A stretch of 64,000 nt of DNA. Origin: Octopus sinensis (Eukaryota). Within the stretch, counting starts at the first letter, position 1. Each line of letters begins with the position of its first letter. The position numbers and the translations under genes are program-made. This document shows, in pieces, positions 11,730-24,844 of this stretch. The stretch spans positions 119,412,001 through 119,476,000 of the forward strand of contig NC_043002.1 in assembly GCF_006345805.1 (NCBI RefSeq), read 5' to 3'. The notes under the pieces are model-generated. The model saw nothing but the letters and a program-made list of their open reading frames with translations, was not told the DNA's origin and did not search any database.

Positions 11730-12079
11730 CATCCATCCATCCATCTATCTATCTATCTATCTGTCTGTCTGTCTGTCGGTGTGTGTGTGTGTGTCTGTCT
11801 GTATGTATGTCTGTATGTATGGGTCAGCATCTATTTGTATTATGTGCACACAAACACATATATGTAAATCATATACACACACATACACACACGCTACTAT
11901 CGAACACTTCGAATGCGTGCTCAACAATATTCTTTATTTGTAGCTTAACAATTCATGTTTCTACTTGCCTCCAGGAGACGAATAGCAACACTTCCATGTG
12001 ACATGCTCAAACAATTGTGTAAATCTCTTCACATGAAACCATGGTTGCCTTGTTAATCGACAAATATGTATCAATATGT

Positions 12080-12115
<36 letters not shown>

Positions 12116-12182
12116 TCAGACAGACAGACAGACAGACAGACAGACACACAGTCAGACAGACATACACACCGACAGACAGACA

Positions 12183-12213
<31 letters not shown>
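11643..12213. repeat. (TATC)n/(TGTC)n and (GACA)n microsatellite blocks
   Basis: Visible tetranucleotide arrays at 11643-11780 and 12080-12186. Confidence 0.9.
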
Positions 12214-12466
12214 GACAGTCAAAAATTGTGAAGCATGACTGTCACCACTACTACATGAACCTGAAGATTGCAGAATTTAATGCATGAAAGTACTAGTTCA
12301 ATCAGAATGAACATTTAACATTCTATTATTTTATTTTATTTTATTATATTATATTATCTTATATTATATCATTATAAGATTGTAAATAAAACGTTAAAAC
12401 CAGACAAGGTTGGAATTCCTTTTATTAATATATTCTTCTATACACAATCACACACACCCGTATATT

Positions 12467-12536
<70 letters not shown>

Positions 12537-12619
12537 AGAAAAAAGCAACAAGAATGGATTTATTTATATATTTAATATATATATATATATATCCTTTAGC
12601 AAATCTATGGCTTGAGAGC

Positions 12620-12658
<39 letters not shown>

Positions 12659-12690
12659 ATATATACACAAGAAAAAAGCAACAAGAATGG

Positions 12691-12750
<60 letters not shown>

Positions 12751-13338
12751 TATATATATATTATAAATACGCTCATACTCACACTATATATACCCAGTGG
12801 TGTATTGTGTCCTGGAGTTTTGGGCTTACGACTGCTACTGTCGCGTTACTCTTTACTTACCAAGATGATCCAGTACAGCCAGCAAACACTATAATCGAAT
12901 CCTCAAGTTGTGGGAAATAGCCCTGCTAAATCAAGTAGCTTGAATGACATAAGAGAGTCTTTGATTGAAATGTCACATATATGAAATGACGAAATTAGTA
13001 ATCTGTTGGAAGGCGTGAAAATCGGAATGGCACGAAGTACAGACGAAGTGCTCCCTGAGTCTTCAAACAGAAGGAGGGGATCCGATTTGTTGATAACGTT
13101 CTCTTGAGAAGAATATATAAATTATTCAAATGAAATCTATGACAGCTGGAGCAATGATATCATCATACTTTAAGATGAGTAATATGACATTACATATTGC
13201 AAATTCTATAATCCCATCAGCATCCTGAAAACATTCGTTCGATAACGCTGAGCTCTTTGGAGCTCTCATTGAACAGAGAATACGTCAAAATTATATAGAG
13301 ATTAAGAGATCCTTTAGCAAATCTATGGCTTGAGAGCA

Positions 13339-13545
13339 TCTCTCTATATATAAACGGCAGTTTTTCTGTCGGTGTGTCTGTCAGGTTGTACCCTCACCCT
13401 GACCACGGCTTTCAACCGATTCTGATGAAACTTGACACAGACATAGCCCAATGTCATAATTCAAAACTAACGCAGCTAAAATTTTGAAAAGTTGCCCCAG
13501 TTCTGAAAATCATCGATAAATTCGACATGGGGTCGAGAATCTAAG
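13339..13545 (+). mobile_element. Non-autonomous Helitron-like 5' fragment
   Basis: A|TCTCTCTATATATAAA start, short TGTC repeat, CAACCGATT..GAAACTT; same architecture as the 5' end at 33905. Confidence 0.6.
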
Positions 13546-14047
13546 CTTTTTATATGCAACACATATGTTTAATATAGTGAACAGTGAAAGTAAGGAGGCG
13601 AGATACTAAAAGTATGTTGAATAACCATGCCCCAGTAAAGTCAACCATTATTCAATAACAACAAATAAACTAGGTTTATCTTGGACAGCAGGTAAAAATC
13701 GGAATACAGCCATTTGGAAGAAGAGAAAAGATGAATCTAAGTTGAAAAGTATCATGTTATTTAGCATGAAGTGGAGTGAGTTTGACCAGTGTATCGTATT
13801 ACTCATTGCAACTCATTATAATGCAGTACACGATATAAAATTAGATGGAAAAATACTAGTTTACGACATTTCCCCAAAACGTGATAATAACTATGTAAGA
13901 TTTGTGTGTGCTTCTGCACAGCAGATCTACTTTGGCAAGGTTTCATATTGGTGTAGCATTATGCGAGATTATTCTTAATATGAACCGCGAAACAGAAACA
14001 TAAGCCGTGATCTACTTTTAAGGTTTGTTGACTTCCTTTTGGTGTTA

Positions 14048-14048
<1 letters not shown>

Positions 14049-14135
<87 letters not shown>
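14049..14135. repeat. (TTA)n microsatellite
   Basis: Direct observation. Confidence 0.95.
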
Positions 14136-14138
<3 letters not shown>

Positions 14139-14290
14139 TAATCGTACGTGGAAAGGAGTTCCACATATATAACCATACATGTAGATGCCGCGAGATAAAA
14201 TAACATGTGGTAACCGAACAAAATACGTAAGGGCTCTTCAACGCGCGTTATGAGGTTTTTTACTTAAAATAACTAAACAAATATATATAT

Positions 14291-14703
14291 ACTCTTTACT
14301 CTCTTTTACCCTTTTACTTGTTTCAGTCATTTGACTGCGGCCATGCTGGAGCACTGCCTTTAGTCGAGCAAATCGACCCCGGGACTTATTCTTTTTGTAA
14401 GCCCAGTACTTATTCTATCGGTCTCTTTTTACCGAACCGCTAATGACGGGGACATAAACACACGAGCATCGGTTGTCAAGCAATGCTAGGGGGACAAACA
14501 CAGACACACAAACACACACGCACACACATATATATATACATATATACGACGGGCTTCTTTCAGTTTCCGTCTACCAAATCCAAGGCATTGGTCGGCCCGA
14601 GGCTATAGTAGAAGACACTTGCCCAAGGTGCCACGCAGTGGGTTTGAACCCGGACCCATGTGGTTGGTAAGCAAGCTACTTACCACACAGCCACTCCTGC
14701 GCC
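14291..14703 (-). mobile_element. SINE family A
   Basis: Near-identical to other family A copies. Confidence 0.9.
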
Positions 14704-15588
14704 ATATATATATATATATATATGTACATACACATTGATATATATGTGTGTATGTGTGTGTGTGTGAAATGAAATTGTCAGCACTAACTTTAGACAAGTT
14801 ATCCTTATACTCGTCTTAATAAGAGCTTAGATTCCCTTCGGAGAGCGTTCGCATTTTGTGTCTTAGTTTAGTGTTTATAATGTCTTGTTTCATTTAAAAT
14901 TCAAATCGCTAAGTTGCGTATGTACATGTGCAAGCCCACACAAGCATGTGCGCGTATGCCCAACCATATATGTAGTTATACATAGAGAGACATATATTTA
15001 TACATATATTTATATGCACTCACATAAAACCGATCTGAATGTTTATTTCAATAGACTATATGATTAACACCGATATATACCACTCGAAGGCAAACAAACA
15101 AATATTTACTTAATGAAATTTGTTTAACAAATTAATATAGATTTTATATAGATGCGTGTGCGTATGTGATATTGAATCTACATGTATGAGTATTTTTGTT
15201 AACATATTTTCAGATGTATTAGTGGTGATAATTCGAAATCAACCGGTCTAAAGGAAAAACCGAAATCATAAAATTATAAATTGAATCAAATAATTAATAG
15301 GTTGTTTTAAAATTTTGTAGAGACACAGCTTTCGTTACTTAATCGTTCACGAAAAATGCTGTTTACATTGCGAAGCATTCAGTGGAGTATTGTTAACTCA
15401 AGAAACTGCATATAAAGTAGATGGTTCTAGTTGGATACCCAACAAAATGAAAAATAAACCCCTGTCAAAGAGACAATGAACTCAATAGAGTCATTGGCCA
15501 TCCAATAGCTGTAAGAGAGAGAGAGAGAGAGAGGGGGGAGAAAGAGGGAGAGAGAGAAAGACAAAGAGAGAGAAAGAGAGAGAGAGAA

Positions 15589-15621
<33 letters not shown>

Positions 15622-15859
15622 CAGCCACAATCTTTGTTTAGATGGAAAACGCTGATCTAAAACCTGCAATTTTATTTCTGTATCCAATGATATAGGGAAG
15701 TTCTTTTTTGGTCAAATGCATGTTCTTCAGAGAGTGAGATTACTCTGGGTAATGTATTTCTTTCTTTTAATAAGCTTCAGGCACAGGCGCCACTCGATAT
15801 TAGATATCTCTGTTATGTGCTGCATACTATGTTTTGCCGTAGCCGGGAAAGACTACACC

Positions 15860-16075
15860 TTCCATGAGAACTCCTATGATGGAATGAAGGCGTGCGTCAG
15901 CGTTGGTGGTGAGCTCTTTCTGAACACCTGCTGCAAGAAGCATCCATCATTGACATCTCCGAGCAAAATGGTATAGGTCACACGCAACACTGGACAGCCA
16001 CATCCGTACTGATCTCTTTTAAAAGAACACTCAAAAGATGGCATTTGATCGAATCGAGTTGCATCTATCAGGCAC
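15860..16075 (+). mobile_element. Heavily deleted RTE-like LINE remnant
   Basis: SYDGMKACVSVGGEL resembles the RTE RT segment lhdgm.a.V.v.GelS. Confidence 0.4.
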
Positions 16076-16111
16076 GCATGCGTGTTTATTATCACTGTCG
16101 TTATTATTAAA

Positions 16112-16349
16112 ATACCTATTTCTTTACTACCCACAAGGGGCTACACATAGAGGGGACAAACAAGGACAGACAAACTTATTAATTCGATTATATCGACCCC
16201 AGTGCGTTACTGGTACTTATTTAATCGACCCCGAAAGGATGAAAGGCAAAGTCGACCTCGGCGGAATTTGAACTCAGAACGTAGCGGCAGACGAAATACG
16301 GCTTCGCATTTCGCCCGGCGTGCTAACGTTTCTGCCAGCTCGCCGCCTT
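16112..16349 (-). mobile_element. SINE family B, young subfamily
   Basis: Full copy; tail ends AAAGAAATAGGTATTT. Confidence 0.9.
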
Positions 16350-16629
16350 ATATTTTATTATTAAAATATCCATGACCATCACCTCTTTCGTGAGTGTGTG
16401 CTTCTGTGTGTATATGTATGTGTGTGTGTATGGGTCTGTGCGTGTACGAGCTTGCGCTTGGTTTTGAATATGTTTTTGCACATTTGCAAATATATACATA
16501 TTCATATTAATGTGCGAGTGCACGCACTGGTTTGTATATGTTTATATGATTGTCATGTCCATAGTGAAAGCCTTACATACTCCTTTCTATCCTTATGACT
16601 AGGCTACCTCCTATCGCCCCTTCCACCAT

Positions 16630-16770
16630 TCTTGTTGTTGTTGTTGTTGTTGTTCTTCTTCTTCTGTTCTTCTTCTCTTCTTCTTCTTCTTCTTCTTCTT
16701 CTTCTTCTTCTTCTTCTTCTTCTTCTTCTGTGTTGTTGTTGTTGATGATGCTATTGCTGCTGCTGTTGTT
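16630..16770. repeat. (TTG)n(TTC)n(CTG)n compound trinucleotide repeat
   Basis: Direct observation. Confidence 0.92.
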
Positions 16771-16778
16771 TTTACTGT

Positions 16779-17000
16779 TAAGCCGGCGAGATGGCAGAAT
16801 CGTTAGCACGCCGGGCAAAATGCTTAGCGGTATTTCGTTCGTCTTTACGTTCTGAGTTCAAATTCCGCCGAGGTCGACTTTGCCTTTCATCCTTCCGTGG
16901 TTGATAAAATAAGTACCACTTGAGTACTGGAGTCGATGTAATCGATTGCCCCCATCTCACCAAAATTCCAGGCCTTGTGCCTATAGTAGAACGGACTATT
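16779..17000 (+). mobile_element. SINE family B, older subfamily
   Basis: Family B head and core, AGGCCTTGTGCCTATAGTAGAA tail. Confidence 0.85.
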
Positions 17001-17123
17001 ATTGTTATTATTGTTATTATTATAATCCCTACTATGATCATCATACATAGTACTTTTTGCACATCGACTGCATAACCAACTTTATCACCATTATCTTCAC
17101 TACAGTCCCTTTTGTTCCTCTAA

Positions 17124-17214
<91 letters not shown>

Positions 17215-17251
17215 CCTGCCTGCCTACCTACCTATCTACCTTCTTACTTAA

Positions 17252-17540
17252 AGACTCCGCCGGTTACGACGACGAGGGTCCCAGCTGATACAATCAACGG
17301 AACAGCTTGCTCGTGAAATTAACGTGCAAATGGCTGAGCATTCCACAGACACGGGTACCCTTAACGTAGTTCTCGGGGATAATCAGCGTGACACAGAGAG
17401 TGACAAGGCTGACCCTTTGAAATACAAGTACAACTCATTTTTGCCAGCTGAGTGGACTGGAGCAACGTGAAATAAAGTGTCTTGCTCAAGGACACAACGC
17501 GTCGCCGGGAATCGAACTCACAACCTTACGATCATGAGTC
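17252..17540 (-). mobile_element. Chimeric SINE: family D head/central region plus family C 3' tail
   Basis: 17435-17540 matches 56433-56580; 17252-17430 matches the tail of 5608-5790. Confidence 0.8.
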
Positions 17541-17789
17541 TTCAGATGAAACAAAGTGTTCCTTGTTCGACTCATCGTTTTAATAATAATTATTACCACT
17601 CCGTCCTTTGACTTCCATATTCTAAGTGACCTAATCCTGTTTCTCTGTGCAAGTAGCTCCATAATTTGTATCACAGTAGTCTAGTAGTCTAGTTATAATC
17701 GTTAGAAGAAATGTGATATTTACATATATGGTCTATAGGGAAAAGCTGTTCTCCGATAAAGTAACCTACATTTCAGTATGCAGCATTAC

Positions 17790-18253
17790 ATGTATGTGTG
17801 TGTGGTTGTGTGTGCGTGTGTGTGTATGTATGTGTGTATGTGTGTGGTTGTGTGTGCGTGTGTGTGTATGTATGTGTGTGTGTATGTGTGTGGTTGTGTG
17901 TGCGTGTGTGTGTATGTATGTGTGTGTGTATGTGTGTGGTTGTGTGTGCGTGTGTGTGTATGTATGTGTGTGTGTATGTGTGTGGTTGTGTGTGCGTGTG
18001 TGTGTATGTATGTGTGTGTGTGTGTGTGTGGTTGTGTGTGCGTGTGTGTGTATGTATGTGTGTGTGTATGTGTGTGGTTGTGTGCGCGTGTGTGTGTATG
18101 TATGTATGTGTGTATGTGTGTGGTTGTGTGTGCGTGTGTGTGTATGTATGTGTGTGTGTATGCGTGTGGTTGTGTGTGCGTGTGTGTGTATGTATGTGTG
18201 TGTGTATGTGTGTGGTTGTGTGTGCGTGTGTGTGTATGTATGTGTGTGTGTGT
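17790..18253. repeat. 46-bp minisatellite built from GT-rich microsatellite, ~10 units
   Basis: GGTT marker at 17846, 17892, 17938, 17984, 18030, 18076, 18122, 18168, 18214. Confidence 0.9.
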
Positions 18254-18433
18254 GACGTGCACATGTATATGTGTGTTTGAGTATCATTATAAACAAACAT
18301 AGACATGCATAAACAGACGTTTATAACTTGTTTATATATAAGGCATCTTCAAGCTTCCACTGAATAAATTTTATCAATGTATTTCTGAACAGATTTGGTT
18401 TTAACAATAGATGCAAGGATATTTTTATCTGTG

Positions 18434-18523
18434 TTTCATCGTTATACATTATAACTTTTCAAAATCACCGCGCAAGCGCAGTTTCAGTCGGTGAGTTTCA
18501 AAAATTATAATGTATAACGATGA
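18434..18523. repeat. Imperfect palindrome with ~35-bp arms
   Basis: TCATCGTTATACATTATAA..TCACCG / CGGTGA..TTATAATGTATAACGATGA. Confidence 0.8.
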
Positions 18524-18792
18524 GATTCGAGTTATTCGTCTCTTAATTATATGTTTGTGTTATGGCGCGGTCACTGATGAAAAATTCGCTTAGCAAATTA
18601 TTTCATTTGCTCAAACAATTTTGAAACCTAGGTGCGACCGTAATAAAATAACAAGGTAAAAGTTTTTATTTTTCATTCTTTTTGAAGATTGCCCTTAAAT
18701 GTGGTTTTGGTCATTTTGACTACTTCTAGCGTGTAAAAGGGCTTGTTGACGGCAGTCTCTCTTGTGTTTAAATGTACACTATTTTATATTGA

Positions 18793-18832
<40 letters not shown>

Positions 18833-20127
18833 GTCTGTGTGTGTATGTGTGTGTGGTCAAAAATTTAGATATTTATAATAAAAACATATTCACAAACATA
18901 TATGTGTCTGTGTAAGTGGTGTGTGTATGTATATGTGTAGATGCAATACCAATCTTAACTACTCGGTGAAATGCATTGGCTTGAAGGAAATAATCTATTT
19001 TCAGGCGTCAAGCTTGTAAAAGCGAAAGATTGTAACTGCTTAAGAAAATATGTATTAAGACCTAGATTGACAATTCTTGTCAATCTAGGCCTTAATGTTA
19101 TTTCCTGTTTGCAGAGAGAATTAGTATTGAAAGCAAAGCACAAAAGGAGTTTTAAAGGAAGAGTAAAATCTCTGATTTGGTATGGGGTTCGTTCTGCATG
19201 ACTAGATTAGCAACATTATGCGATAATTTGCTTGTTTGCCAGCCTGTATACAGATGCCAAGTTTCTGTTATTGTACTTCATGTCTTTGTTAGTAGTTGTT
19301 GATCTGAGTATCGCAACAAATACGTACTGAATAAGTAGGACGACATTTTGTTAAATTTAACTGGAATAAATTTTTCTATGTAAAACATTTTGTATGAAGT
19401 TATAATGACATCTGTTTTTATTGTAATGCAAATATATATAGAAAATTGGACGTATGAAGTTTCTTACACTATTGATAATTTCAGGTTTGCTACAAAATAT
19501 AAGCAGATACACACAAGCAGACACACTCTCGTTATATACACCAGAAGTAGTATTGGATTAAAATAGTAATCTGTGTATCACACTTAGTGCAAATGCGTCT
19601 AGGAAAGTCAAGTTTACTGCGGTATTTGTTCGGAGATTGTACCTCTCATGGATGTACTGTGTAAAATAACACAAAAATATATCAATAGCCAACGAAAACT
19701 TCCGGTAGTAGTGGTGTAAGTGCATTTCTACATTTCTTTTTCTGCACCATCAAACTCCCTTCTCTCGGTGGTCTCAATTCTGTCCGAAATGTCTTGCAGA
19801 CAGTTGTTAGCGATATAAGAGTTATAGCATTTTGGCTGGAATGTCACCAGTGGAATGTTAATGGCATTTAATATCCTGCACAATATCGTTTCTACGGACC
19901 AGGATAGCACATTTACTAAGTCATCCATAGTGTTGTGATTTTGTGAGAGGTTAGGAAAGGGGAAGCCACTTCTACCCGATTCAAGAAGGCAGTTACAAGA
20001 TCCGTAGTTCAATCGCAGTTCAAACCGGAATTTTACTGGCATACCAAATTGACTATTTAGAGTGAATACTTGTTATTCTGAGCCTACCTGACGAAAACTC
20101 CTCGTATGCAAAAAGCAGTTACTACAG

Positions 20128-20268
20128 TCTTGAAGTGGTTGGTGTTAGGAAGGTCATCCAGTTGTAGAAACCATGTCAAATCAGATTGAGACCTCAGCTA
20201 ACCAATCTTCAACCAAACCGTTCAACCCATGCCCGCATGGAAAATGGACATTAAATGATGATGATGAT
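20128..20268 (+). mobile_element. Retroposon 3' tail ending in (TGA)n (LINE or LINE-partnered SINE)
   Basis: ..AACCCATGCCCGCATGGAAAATGGACATTAAATGATGATGATGAT; only one copy in the window. Confidence 0.5.
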
Positions 20269-21261
20269 ATATATACATACATGGTGTGTGTGTGTGTGTG
20301 TATGCATCGCATACACACGCATATTTAGATGCATTTATATAATCTGTTACATAGTGATAAGCGTAGACATCTACACACATGATTCACATGCACACAATCC
20401 CAGACATGCAAAAATAAAAAGATTCACGCAGAAGGGTTTAGATCTTCAGCAATTAGACTAACAACTTTACCATCTTTACGACGTTTTAAATTTTCGCCTA
20501 CCAAATTAATTGAGAAAAATAAATATTTTGCTCGATAATCGTTCAAAGAAATAGGAAGTTAAAGAAATATCACCAACTTCTCTGTATGACGTACGCATAT
20601 TTATGAGGGTTTTAAATCTCACCAAAGAAGGCAATAAAGACCTCTCAGAATTCTATATTAATTAAAAATTGAATGAAGAACAGTTATATGGTCTTCGTAC
20701 AGACGATGTCACACACTCTGATGCTTCCTCATTTCGTATTCTAAACTGTCGAATCCAGCAATATTCATACAATCAAAATTTTTATATCCCTCACTCCTCT
20801 GAGACCAGGCAAGCATTGTTAAAATTTTGCTTCAATAAGGAGGTCTACGAAGATAAGAATATATATCTGGAGTTGTCGCTTTACTTACCAGCTTGTCAAA
20901 GATCAAAACTACTGTTGGTATCCATTCTATCTCAGTTACAGTGTCTTCTTTGCCTTAATTGATTAGAGTTAATTAAAAATAGGAGAGAGATTTTTTTCAA
21001 CTCACTACATTACGTTAATCTTACCTCTGTTATCATATACCATTCATGCAAAATTTACGCCTTCAGTTATATTGGTATATGTTTGATCGTATATTTAATT
21101 TTTTTCTATATGGTATAATCTAATCATATCATTGTAATTTCATTGTTGAATTGCTACATGGTGGTTCTTCTCTAATTTATATACATATATTATATATTGT
21201 GAAATTTGATTTAGTATTGCTAAATTGAATTTTTCCCTGTAAGTTTGGAATAATATTTCCT

Positions 21262-21381
21262 AATATTATTATTATCATTATTATTATTATTAATTATTAT
21301 TATTATTATTATGATTATTATTATTACTATTATTATTATTATCATTATTATTAACTATTATTATTATTATTATTATTATTA

Positions 21382-21415
<34 letters not shown>

Positions 21416-21431
21416 GTTATTGTTATTGCTA

Positions 21432-21486
<55 letters not shown>

Positions 21487-21495
21487 TATTATTAT
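21262..21495. repeat. Long (TTA)n microsatellite
   Basis: Direct observation. Confidence 0.95.
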
Positions 21496-22239
21496 ACACA
21501 CACACATATATACATGTGCACTCACACTCGAACAGACGCGTAAGTATACATATATTTATATGTACACACGCACACACACACATGTTTGTGCATGTATACA
21601 CACGCACATGAACACATACACGCACACGCACACACACCATGTATGCATAATATACATATCATATTATTAGTTCACTCTTTGACTTTCATAAAAAAAACAT
21701 ACTGACCGATACATGATGTGGAATACAATGCCATGTGTGTTTTCGACAATGCATAAGCACTGCTAATAATAACGCTAATAGAGCAAAACCCTAATTAATA
21801 GAGCTTTGGTTCGAAGTAAAGCGTATCTATTCATATATTCATATAATAAGGGATGAAAAAAAACGGTAAGTCACTTACCAATATTTATAATTTCCAGTGT
21901 TATTTATTGGAAATCAATAATTTCAGATTATAAATGTTTTGATCTCCGCCCTGTTCTCTTTCTGAGAAGAAGATCGTAAATATAGACATATGTACATATA
22001 TCTTTGTCCTTTAATCGAGATTAAACCGGAAATGGACTTTGAAGTAAATGTTTTCCACCTTTTATAATGTTGGATATAATTGGTCGTTAAGGTCGAGCAG
22101 AGATAATAGTTGCTTTTGTCTGACAAACTTGCGGTTGTCGGCTAAATTATATAGGACAGTGATATAGTTATACGTATATATATATATATAAGTGTGTGTG
22201 TGTATTTATGTATGTCTATTGAAAGTCCAAGTAAGAGAT

Positions 22240-22900
22240 AAGCATACGTCTAGGAGAAATAGCTGTCTTCAAGACTAGGAAGATTTTTCTAAAGAGATGT
22301 ACTATTAAATTGCAGTCTGATGAACGTATTGAAGTTGAGATCGCTAAATCATAATATCTGCAGACTTGAGTTAGTAAGTTATAAAGGAACGGAAGTGTCA
22401 AGAGATGATCTTAGCAGTAATGGCATCGTCACCAAATGATTGATGATGTCCGTATAGTATGATATTCAGAAAGTTATCATACCACAAATGTTAAACTTGA
22501 TGACGTCATGGAGGAAATAAAGTCATGAGTTCACTCAGCTATGAAAGCAAGTAAGGAATGAACGTATCAAGGATTTTGATATTAGAAAGATATTAAGTTT
22601 ACAATTTAACGTCGGAAAGTATTCGAGATACGAAAGAATACAGAAATAAAAAAAATTATCTAATAAAAAAAGTAGGAAGCAAGGTAATACTAAGAATCAA
22701 TGGTAAATGTTAAGTATTGTTGCGTAACTTCTTTCTTTCAGATGAATGGTGGAATTTATTGGGAGGACCCATTACTCGATTACTGATGAAATCTTGAGGA
22801 GCTGACTCAAAGTAAAAACTGATTGAAGTAGTTAACTATAGTTGGACTTTCGATCTATATATGGAAAATGTAATACATCTACTGAGATTAGGAAAGTACA
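22240..22900 (+). pseudogene. Decayed family-B DNA polymerase fragment (late exonuclease domain to region II)
   Basis: SYHTTNVKLDDVMEEI (~22470-22519), MNGGIYWEDP (~22742), LDFRSIYGKCNTSTE (22842-22886); order and spacing fit SYkL..V / GG.V.eP / LDF.SLYP..N.S.E. Confidence 0.5.
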
Positions 22901-22909
22901 TAATGTGTA

Positions 22910-23085
22910 CTTTTGGAACAAGGCCAGCAATTTCGGTGGAGGGGCTAAGTCGATTAAATCGATCCCAGTTCTCAACTGGTACTTATTTTATAAATCCTCG
23001 AAGGGTGAAAAGCAAAGTGGACCCCAGCAGATTTTTGAACTCAAAACGTAAAGACGGACGAAATGCCGCTAAGCTCGCCACCTAG
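22910..23085 (-). mobile_element. SINE family B, diverged
   Basis: Degenerate family B core. Confidence 0.7.
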
Positions 23086-23204
23086 GAAACTACATAATTT
23101 AAGGGGAATAAACTTACAGTGCTTAATTGAAATATCCCAATGTATACAGATAGAGGAAGGAGTTAATAATTTAACTTAATCTATTATTGATGTAATATCT
23201 TTTA

Positions 23205-23572
23205 TGTTTTACTTGTTATAGTTATTGGATTGCATGCATGCTGGGACAGTGCGTCAAAAGATTTCATCGAACAGATCTATCCAATAATTTTTTGCCGAAA
23301 CTGCAATGTTACGGGGGGGGGGGTAAAGTAACCAACACCGGTTATCAAGCGGTGGTGGGGGACAAATACAACACAAACACAATGGCACACACACACACAC
23401 ACAGATACACACGCACACACACATACGTACCAGGAGTGGTTGTGGTAAGAAGCATGGTTCCGGGTTCAGTCCCACTGCGTAGCAACTTGGAGAAGTGTCT
23501 TCTAATATAGCCTTGGACCGACAAAAACCTTGTAAGTGGATTTGGTAGATGGAAACTGAAACAAGCTCGTCA
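23205..23572. mobile_element. Two family A SINE halves in opposite orientation (3' half on -, 5' half on +)
   Basis: 23205-23390 matches the family A tail reversed; 23431-23572 matches the head forward. Confidence 0.7.
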
Positions 23573-23592
23573 TATATATGTAGATATATATA

Positions 23593-23668
<76 letters not shown>

Positions 23669-23690
23669 TATGTATATATATATATACATA

Positions 23691-23774
<84 letters not shown>

Positions 23775-24844
23775 GTAAGTATGTATGTATAATATGTATG
23801 TGTGTATGTACGCATATGTATGTATGTGTATATATATATATACACATACATACATATATATATATATATATGCACATGCATATACAACCACACTCATATA
23901 GTAAACATAAGTGTCTGTATAATGTAAATCTTAACATTTTACCTTTCTGTATAAAGTGTGTATGTATGTATGTATGCATGTATACACACATAGGCACACC
24001 GACACACATACATACAAATACACAAACATGCACACACATATATAATGGCAATATGGAGTTCAAACTTGAACACCCGATGAAAGGATCGAAAGCTAGCATG
24101 TCATAGTCTACAATCTATAGTCATCGATAATTAAATTAATTGAATAGTTTCTTTGAAGCTCTCTTCAATAAAATGACGAGGGTCTGGTAGCCCCAGGAAA
24201 ATCTCTCTGTTATCAAATTTGATTCAATTAGCTAATTACAGTTAGTCATATTAAAATCTTAATGAGAAAGGAATTTAATTGGAATATGAATGAAGAACTT
24301 GTTAAGTGATTTCTTCAAAAATTGCCCAGAGTCATAATTGTTTTGATATTTTTATGTGCAGCGTAGTTGTCTAACCAAAGTTTGGAGAAAACACCCGGAA
24401 AACAAGTTTTGCATTTTACTGATGAACACGTTCACGCTTAATTACTGTAATTAGATTAGATTGGCTTCAGAAATACATGTTTATTCAGTTGTGAGGCTTT
24501 TAGGAAGACAAATCATTAAATACACAACAAAGACGTTCACAAAAACTGAAGATTCAAGAGTCTTTTCGTTTAAGATTCGAAAGGAATAACTACAGCAGTT
24601 ACTACGCCATTGCTGTTGGTGTTTACTATGGCGTATCTGAAATTTCATTGGATGCGTGGTAGGTCACAAAGGTCAATCTTTGTGGTGGGTGTATTAGAAG
24701 ATCTTTATGTGTGTGATGAGGGATACACATGTTAATGTGATAAAGAAGAGACAGTCAGTAGGTCGAGTGTAATACATTTAGCGTAGAAAAACATGAAGTC
24801 GATTACATCTGATATGACTAGAGATTAATATTGGTTTGGGTGCG

